DNA of 64,000 nucleotides from Felis catus (lineage: Eukaryota). Where the stretch lies: NCBI RefSeq assembly GCF_018350175.1, contig NC_058368.1:71240001-71304000 (forward strand), written 5' to 3'. A program made the position numbers and the translations under genes. Below the pieces are notes generated by a model. That model did no database searches, had not been told where the DNA came from, and saw nothing but the letters and a program-made list of their open reading frames with translations. Positions 55,198 to 64,000 of this stretch are shown one piece after another; positions within the stretch are counted from its first letter, which is position 1; each line of letters opens with the position of its first letter.

Positions 55198-56517
55198 TGA
55201 CTGAGCTCCCCAGGCACCCTTGATTCTGTTTTTTAAAATTGCTGTTCAAAGACCAGCATATTTATTTTGCTTATGGAAAAACAAGTTGTGCTTTATGTGA
55301 TACATTGTTGTTTTTAGAAACATTAGAAAATATACAGTAAACCAAGTATAAAAGTATACTGAACATTATGGTTTTTTTTCCCCAAGACTAATTCTTTTTT
55401 TTTCTTTTTTTTTTGTTGTAATAACAGCCTTCATTTGGGCCTCTGTGTGGGAGTATGTTTGTGGGTACCCGTGACCATTATTCTTTATGCTTAATTTACA
55501 TGTAGTGGGATCAGATTACCCAGAATCCCTACTGTACCTGATTTAAACCAAATCATACTTTGTTTTTGCTTAAATCATGGAAAAAAACAAAGCTACAAAT
55601 AACCCTCATGAAGAAATTTCAGTCATTTTCAGTAATCTTAATGTGCCGAGCCAACAGATTTTATTTCCAAACTGTGTTTCATTCTGTATTTCCCTTCTGG
55701 GCTCCTTGTATTCTGAGTGGTAAAAACACAGTGATAGGAGGCTATGAGGAGAATTAAGAAAATAAATTCTTTAATTTATGAAAGAGCTTTGAGGGGCGCC
55801 TGGGTGGCTCAGTCAGTTAAGCGTCTGACTTCGGCTCAAGTCATGATCTCACAGTTCATGGGTTTGAACCCCACGTCGGGCTCTGTGCTGACAGCTAAGA
55901 GCCTGGAGCCTGCTTCGGTTTCTGTCTCCCTCTTTCTCTGTCCCTCCGCTGCTCATGCTCTTTCTCTCTAAAATAAACATTAAATTAAAAAAAAAGAAAA
56001 GAAAAAAGTAGAACTACCTGCTCTTGAAAAAAGGAGGTATTGGTTTAAAGAGATTTTAGCGGCTTATGGGTGGCTCAGTTGGTTAAGTGTCCAACTTTGG
56101 CTCAGGTCATGATCTCTCGGTTTGTGGGATTGAGCCCTGCATCGAGCTTTGTGCTGACAGCTCAAAGTCTGGACCCTGATTCTGATTCTGTGTCTCCCTC
56201 TCTCTCTCTGCCCCTCCCCTGCTCACACTCTGTGTCTCTGTCTGTCTCTGTCTCAAAAATAAGTAAACATTAAATAAATATTAAAAGAGATTTCATAGTG
56301 TTCCTAGTTTGCTAACATATGTATGTGTATAGATACAGTAAGTATATATATAAGTATAGTAAATATATATATATATATATATATTTAGTAATTTATTTTA
56401 CTAAAGCACAGCATTACAAATTATAGGGATTAGCTTTATGAGAAATTTGTACGTTAGATTTAATAGTTCGTGTTTCACGTTTGGGTCTTGCCCACGTATT
56501 TAAAAGATACGTGTGTA

Positions 56518-56733
56518 GGGGCGCCTGGGTGGCGCAGTCGGTTATGCGTCCGACTTCAGCCAGGTCATGATCTCGCGGTCTGTGAGTTCGAGCCCCGTGT
56601 CAGGCTCTGGGCTGATGGCTCAGAGCCTGGAGCCTGCTTTCGATTGTGTCTCCCTCTCTCTCTGCCCCTCCCCCGTTCATGCTCTGTCTCTCTCTGTCCC
56701 AAAAATAAATAAACGTTGAAAACAAAAAAATTT
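56518..56733 (+). mobile_element. Young felid SINE (SINEC_Fc type)
   Basis: TSD aaaagatacgtgtgta at 56502 and 56734. Confidence 0.92.
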
Positions 56734-56869
56734 AAAAGATACGTGTGTACATGCATATCGACGGTGAGTTTTATCCACAGTGCTCAGCATGGAAGCTTAT
56801 AGAAAACTGTAGCAAGCACTTCAGATTTGATGATCATATTCTTTTATCTCCTTCTGTTGGACACCTTTT

Positions 56870-57114
56870 TTTTAATTTTTTTTTTAATTTTTTTTTCAAA
56901 AATTTTTTTTTCAACGTTTATTTATTTTGGGGACAGAGAGAGACAGAGCATGAACGGGGGAGGGGCAGAGAGAGAGGGAGACACAGAATCGGAAACAGGC
57001 TCCAGGCTCTGAGCCATCAGCCCAGAGCCCAACGCGGGGCTCGAACCCACGGACCGCGAGATCGTGACCTGGCTGAAATCGGACGCTTAACTGACTGCGC
57101 CACCCAGGCGCCCC
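56870..57114 (-). mobile_element. Young felid SINE (SINEC_Fc type)
   Basis: TSD ctgttggacacctttt at 56854 and 57115. Confidence 0.92.
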
Positions 57115-60100
57115 CTGTTGGACACCTTTTAACAGGATAAGGAATATAACTGTTCAAAAACAGTGATGAGATGTCATTTTTTCTCTCCATTGGATTTACC
57201 AAAAATTTAAAAACTGGCTGTAATATCCAGTGTAGGCAAGTGGACAGGAAAATTGTTCTTGGGAATATAAAGTATTTTAGGCTTTTTTTTTTTTTTTGCT
57301 AGAAATTGACTAGTATTTATTACAATTTAGTGTATATATTCTTTGACTTGACAAGGAACTTCACCTACAAAGACAAACCTTAAGAAATGTTCATTGTAAG
57401 GTTGTTTGTAACAGCAAAACTTGGAAATAAGTTAACATTGTTTTATCTGTAAAATGAAGAGAATGACCCCTACCTGCAAGGTTGTTGTAAAGATGGGAAA
57501 CAACTTATATAAAGAACTTAGCACAGAGTCTGGCATTGCCAGGCAAATCATCTTAATCTTTATAATTGTTAATGATTACTTTAGTAGAGGAGAGAGCTGT
57601 TGAAGAGCATTTAGCGACAAGGATATAGTTGAAGTTAGTGCTTTTGGGAAATTAGTCTGATAGTTTTCATGTCTATTTTGTGAGTTTAGATTTTTTTTTC
57701 CTGTTGAGGTTAATAGTTTGATAGAATTATACTGCTGTATATCTGTGTGTAATAATGTAGTTTACAAATTATTATGACCCATGATTTCTTTCATTCATGC
57801 AACCACCAAAGCTGGATATTATGAACTCTGTATAATGAAAGGAAAACAATGACTCAGGTACAGTGACCTCTAATAGTTACACTGTGCTAGTAGTAACAGA
57901 GTCAGGACTTGGCCTACGTTGGTTGACTTTCAGGTACAGAGCACTTGAAATAAAAAGCACTGTGCCCTCGTTGGCTAAGTTGGAAATAGAGCATTCACAG
58001 AGAATCCAAATAGTGAAGACCAGATAACTGTGGTCAACTTACCCAAAGCTCATAGAAGAAACCTTTCTCTCCATTTAACAGTAATACAGGTAGCGCATGG
58101 TCAGGTTGTAGGAAAATGACTGTTGTGTAGGCAGAAACTTGGAAGACAGCATCTTGCTGGGTCCCTTGTCTCACTTGGGAGATTGTAATCCATAGTGCGT
58201 TATTAGAGTTAAGAAGTGTGTTTTAAGTAGTTTGTAACTGATACTAAAATTCTGAAGTTAGCAAGTTAGCCAATAGTTTCATTTAGCACTATTTTTGTTC
58301 TTAAAATAGTAGAGTAAATTTAAAGTGATTCATATGATACTCTATTCACTCATAGTTGTAAAAGCTTTTTTTTAGATAGGAGGATAAAGGAGAGGCTTAA
58401 ACCTTGCAAGTCCAGAATTGTATATAACTCTGATTTTATCTATATGTAGGCTGTGATCTGGGTAACTCACAGAAGTATGTTTTGTGCATGACTGTTGAAA
58501 TTTATTTATATCATGGCTTAAGAAAGTTGAATAATGTTACTGCAGTGTATTTTGTAGATACCTAGTTTTAACTATATACGTTTTCTTAACATTAGTAGAA
58601 ATTCCATATTGGACATAGATCTTTGATTTTTATTATGTTAAAATGAAACATTTTTGAGAATGTAAAATCTTAAATTTAAGTCACATGCATATTCTGGAAA
58701 AGAAGGTTTTCTCCATCTGTGAACCTCTGACGCTAGCCCCCAGTTTGGAAGCTACCACTGCAACTATATTTGTATTCTTCTGGAGTGAGTGTGTGTGTTA
58801 GAATTTTGCTATAGATTTGTCTTATTTGCCAAAGTAGATTTTGTTTATGAGAAAAGAAGTGACACAGAATATTTCTTGCCTTCCCCCAGGCTTTTAAAAA
58901 TAGGTATGGAATACAACCTACAGATACACTAGCACCATTCTTATTTAATCTTCCCGACAAGCTGTGTTGTATTATCATCATCCCTTGGTGTTAAGAAGAG
59001 AATAATCTCAGAAGTAAATGCCTTGCCCAGTGTCACATAGCTAATCAATGAGAGTATAGTTTGTAACAAAAGTTACAAATTCTATACTCAGTAAATGTTC
59101 CAAACTGCTTTGAAGATGGATTGAAACTAGGCTGGGTTGTTAGTGTTTTGTTTGTTTCTTTTGTTTTTTTGTTTTATAAAAGATAGCTTTGGCTGGTGCC
59201 TATTTTTGCTGTTGATGGAGGCTCTTTCTTCTCCATTCTTCCTCCCCTCCGCTTGGTATGCCATTTTTAAGGTCTGAAAACAGCTATTTCTTTTGTTTTT
59301 CTGATCTTGTGATCTTGGATCCTAGTGAAAGTAACTGTCTTCACTTGGATTTGCTCACTTTTTGAAAGAGCTGGTGGAAATCTAAAATAGTCATTGATAC
59401 CTTTTACCACTCTGTGATTTTATGTATATATATAAATGCTTTTTATTTATTTGAGAGAGAGAGCACAAGTGGGGGAGGGGCAGAGGGAGAAGGGGACAGG
59501 TGATCTGAAGTGGGCTCCAGAATGACAGCAGTGAGCCTGATGTGGGGCTTGAACTGAAAAATTGTGAGATCATGACCCAAGCCGAAGTTGGACACTCAAC
59601 CGACTGAGCCATCCAGTAGCCCCCCACTCCTTGATATTCTTAAATTGAATCAATCTGGTCTCCATGGATTTGGAGGGGAAAGTTTGGCAACTCTTCTGAC
59701 AATTTAAAAAACATTTTTTTTTAATATTTATTTTTGACAGAGAGACAGAGCATGAGCGGGGGAGGGGCAGAGAGAGGGGGAGACACAGAATCTGAAGCAG
59801 GCTTCAGGCTCTAAACTGTCAGCACAGAGCCTGACACGGGGCTCGAACTCAACAGACCGCGAGATCATGACCTGAGCCAAAGTGGGACGCTCAACCGACT
59901 GAGCCATCCGGGCGCTCCCCATCTGACAATTTTATAGTATATTTGTAATTGTGACTCTTAAATGTTATGTTCAGAATTTATGAAATAACTTCATAAAACC
60001 CTTATCATAACAGAATGTCTTCGGAAATGTTTGAGAAGTTTATTTTCCTGTGTGTTGGATTAGAGTTCAGCTTCTAGAGTATTTGTTGAAGAATTTGAAG

Positions 60101-60386
60101 ATTTGAATAGAAATGCTCTGACATGGATAAATCCTCCTTTATTTTTAGGGAGATTTTTTAAGGGTGTACACAAGGCAAATTCATATAGGTTTGTGGGGTT
60201 TGGGGATGCCTTCAATGGGAAGGTTAAGAATGTAGGATTTGAGGGGCACCTGGGTGGCTCAGTCATTTAAGTGTCCAACTTTGGCACAGGTCATGATCTC
60301 ACAGTTAGTGGGCTCAAGCCCCTCGTCAGGCTGTGTGCTGACCCCAGTTTGGATTCTTTGTGTCTCTGTCTCTCTCTGTCTCTCTG

Positions 60387-60438
<52 letters not shown>

Positions 60439-60866
60439 CCTTTCCCACTTGCACTCTGTCTCTCTCAAAAATAAACATTAAAAAAAGAAATGAATCTAGG
60501 ATTTGATGAAGTTGGGATTTCCTGCTCTTGGCTTGGTTAAAATAGCTTGAATTTTATCCTATGAACTTTCCTTCTCCCCTAATTCCTTACTGTCCCCTTC
60601 AGTTATTAGCACAGTCTGGAATTAGTTAAAATTCTTCTTCTGCCACATGGTAGCTATGTGATCTCAGATAGGGTGCTTAATGTTTGAAGACTCAAGTGTC
60701 TTATGCTCACAGTTCACACAATATATATTTCCACATCTGACTCTTTATGTTGAAAGCATGTCTCTTGTAGCAGTGTGTAGGTGGGTCATGCTTTTTAAAT
60801 CATTCTAATAATCCATATCTTTTTCAAGTTGTGTTTAGACAATTAAGGTTTTTTTGGTTTGCCTAA

Positions 60867-61220
<354 letters not shown>

Positions 61221-61943
61221 GGCATGAGTGGGTGATAGGGGTTGGGGGGGAGTGGAGAGAGAGCCAGACAGAGCCAGACACGGGGCTCAACATGTGGCTC
61301 GATCTCACGAACTGTGAGATTGTGACCTGAGCCAAAAATCAAGAGTCAGATGCTTAACTGACTGAGCCACCCAGGCGCTTTGCCTTATTTTCTTTACTAA
61401 CAGCTTTACTGAGGTATAATTCCCATGTCCTAACATTCACCCTTTTGTCATAAACAATTCAGTGCTTTTTAGTGTTGTCATGGAATTGTGTAACCATCTT
61501 CAATATGCAATTCCAGTAAAATTTACTAACATTTAATAAATTACTAGTGTGACTGCATTTATGGCTACCATTTTGTTTGCTTTCTGGTTGTCTCACTTTT
61601 TTTTTCCCTCCTGTTTTCTTGTTTCTCTGGATTATATTAAATTTTGGAATTCCATTTAAAGTTACCTATTAGACCTTTTACATTTTTTAGTGGTTTTTCT
61701 AGGGATTACAATATACATCCTTAACTTTATATGCTCTACTTAGAGGTAATATTACACTATTTCATGTAAAATGTAGACATGTTACAGTTGTATAGGCACC
61801 TGGGTGGCTTAGTTGGTTGAGCATTCAACTCTTGATTTTGGCTCAGGTCATGATCTCATGGTTTGTGGGATGGAGCCCTGTGTTGGGCTCCACGGTGTGA
61901 GCATGGAGCCTGCTTGGGATTCTCTGTCTCTGTCCTGCTCATG

Positions 61944-62000
<57 letters not shown>

Positions 62001-62318
62001 AAAAAAGAATTTGCAATTGTACAGTCCCCCCCTCCCCCCATTTTTCCATCAACATTCTCTGTGTTAATAGTTGTCATGAGTATTTCATCTGCATAGATTA
62101 CAAATTCCATAGGAAAATGTCTTATTTTTGCTGTAAACATGTTTGAGGTAAGTTAGGACATTTCCTTCATTAATGACACAAGTATAAGTTGAAATTAAGA
62201 CTTATTTTCACTTTGGTCCATTTTTAGGAGAAATTCTTAGTTTTTTAGAAAATTTTTAATTACATACATATTTAATTATACATAATTATATAACATAGGA
62301 TTACCCTTTTCACTATTT

Positions 62319-62413
62319 AAAAAATATATGGAATTCTTCATGAATTTGCATGTCATTTTTGCTTAGGGGCCATGCTAATAATCCTCTCTATCTTTCTAAT
62401 TTTAGTACACGTG
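62319..62413 (-). pseudogene. U6 snRNA retro-pseudogene, lacking about the first 15 nt
   Basis: Reverse complement reads tactaaaattagaaagatagagaggattattagcatggcccctaagcaaaaatgacatgcaaattcatgaagaattccatatatttttt, matching U6. Flanked by the direct repeat cccttttc(a/t)ctattt at 62304-62318 and 62418-62432. Confidence 0.9.
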
Positions 62414-64000
62414 GGGCCCCTTTTCTCTATTTTTTGTAAATTTTTTTTTTTTTTGAGAGAATTTCAAGCAGGCTCTGCACTGTCAGCACAGACCTCGATG
62501 TGGGGTTCAAACCCACAAATGGTGAGACGATGATCTGAGCTGAAATCAAGAGTTGGATGCTTAACTGACTGAGCCACCCAGGCGCCTCCCCACTTCACCA
62601 TTTTTGAGTGTACAATTCAGTGGCATTAAGTACATTTACAGTGTGCAACTCTCACTACCGTTTTATTTTTCATCATCCAAAACTGAAACCCTGTACTCAT
62701 CAAACAGTAACTCTCATCAGTTGAGCGTTCCACTTCAACTTGGGTATTGATCTCACGGCTTGTGAGTTTGAACCCACACTGGGCTCTCTGTTGTCAGCAC
62801 AGAGCCTGCTTCGGATCTTCAGTTCCTCTTTTTCTCTGCCCCTCCCCTGCTCGTTCTCTCTCTCTTTCTCAAAAAACAAAAACAAAACAACAACGGAAAC
62901 AGTAACTCTCTACTACTCCCACCCCTACCCAGGATAAGGTCTGTTTCACTTCTGTCTTTATGAATTTGCCTATACTAGGTAACTCTTATGAGTGGACTCA
63001 TATAACTTTTGACCTTTTATGTGTGGCTTATTTCACTGAGCATAATGTCCTTGAGGTTCATCCATGTTGTAGTGTGTGTCAAAATTTCATTGCTTTCTAA
63101 GTCTGATAAGTCCATGGTATGGCTATACCACATTTTTTAAATGTTTATTTATTTTGAGAGAGAATGCATCAGCATATGTGGGAGTGGGGCCAAGAGAGAA
63201 GGAGAGTGAGAATCCCAATCAGACTCTGAGATGTTAGTGCAGAGCCTGACGAGGGGCTCAATCCCAGGAACTGTGAGGGCATGACCTGAGCTGAAATCAA
63301 GAGTCAGGTGCTTAACTGACTGAGCCACCCAGGTGCCCTGGCTGTACACATTTTTATCTGTCATCTATTGATTGTCATTCAACTTGTAAATGAGTAGAAA
63401 GTTTAAATCATGCTTTTAATTCTGTTGTATTACCGAAACTTTCAGTAGGTGCTTGCTCACTATTTGATAGGTGAGAAAAGTTGCTGAATTAAAATTTGGA
63501 ATTCTGGAAATATAGAAAGGGCACTTTGAGAAACCTCCCTGTATTTTTAGGTTGTGATGCTACTTTTAATTTATAGTAACTTTGTGATCTCTTAAAATTG
63601 AGTTTCATCTATTTATTTGTGTATAATCCCTAAATTTAGAAGGAACTCAGTAGGAAACACTTTTTGTTGTTCTAGTGAAAGTAGTAGATTGAAGATTTTG
63701 TCATATTAAATGAGGTAACATTAATTATCACTGTTATGTATAGTTAATGATTCTTATTGCCTCAAATACATTCTAAAATTAAACTTTTAAGTGCATGCTT
63801 TCCAACATGGGCAAAGAGGCAGAAATAATGAGATGATTGCTGGGGTTTTGTTTTTGGACTGGACCTTATCTAAAGATACTGTTACAAAGTTCCTGAGACA
63901 CCATATTGAATGAAGCACAGTGTGTGATAGGCTAATTTACTAGGAGTATTCTGTTCTTGTGTGTGCACACTTCCCAACATATGGCATATTTGTTTACATC

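Overview
Mammalian genomic DNA, almost certainly from a felid (cat-type Can-SINEs and a young L1_Fc-like 3' end). The whole window lies inside PCCA (propionyl-CoA carboxylase alpha chain) on the + strand. Four coding exons of the biotin-carboxylase N-terminal region are visible: 1154-1201, 1308-1376, 49930-50043 and 51849-51902. Their lengths match human exons 3-6 as I recall them, and a 48.5-kb intron separates the second from the third. The rest is intronic and repeat-dense: roughly 55-60 Can-SINEs by eye, a near full-length decayed antisense L1, older L1/L2/MIR fragments, LTRs, hAT and Tigger MITEs, and microsatellites. Almost all ORFs in the track are repeat artefacts. I found no new multi-gene system. 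The most notable observations are: a spliced GTF2I mRNA fragment embedded inside a SINE with no poly(A) or TSD; an RPSA retrocopy in a four-layer nested insertion; a SINE-SINE recombination tandem duplication with a chimeric SINE; a nearly tailless U6 retrocopy; a polyadenylated LTR retro-fragment; inverted young SINE pairs around exons 5-6; and a repeat-free candidate enhancer block. Repeat family names and many repeat boundaries are from recognition by eye, not RepeatMasker.
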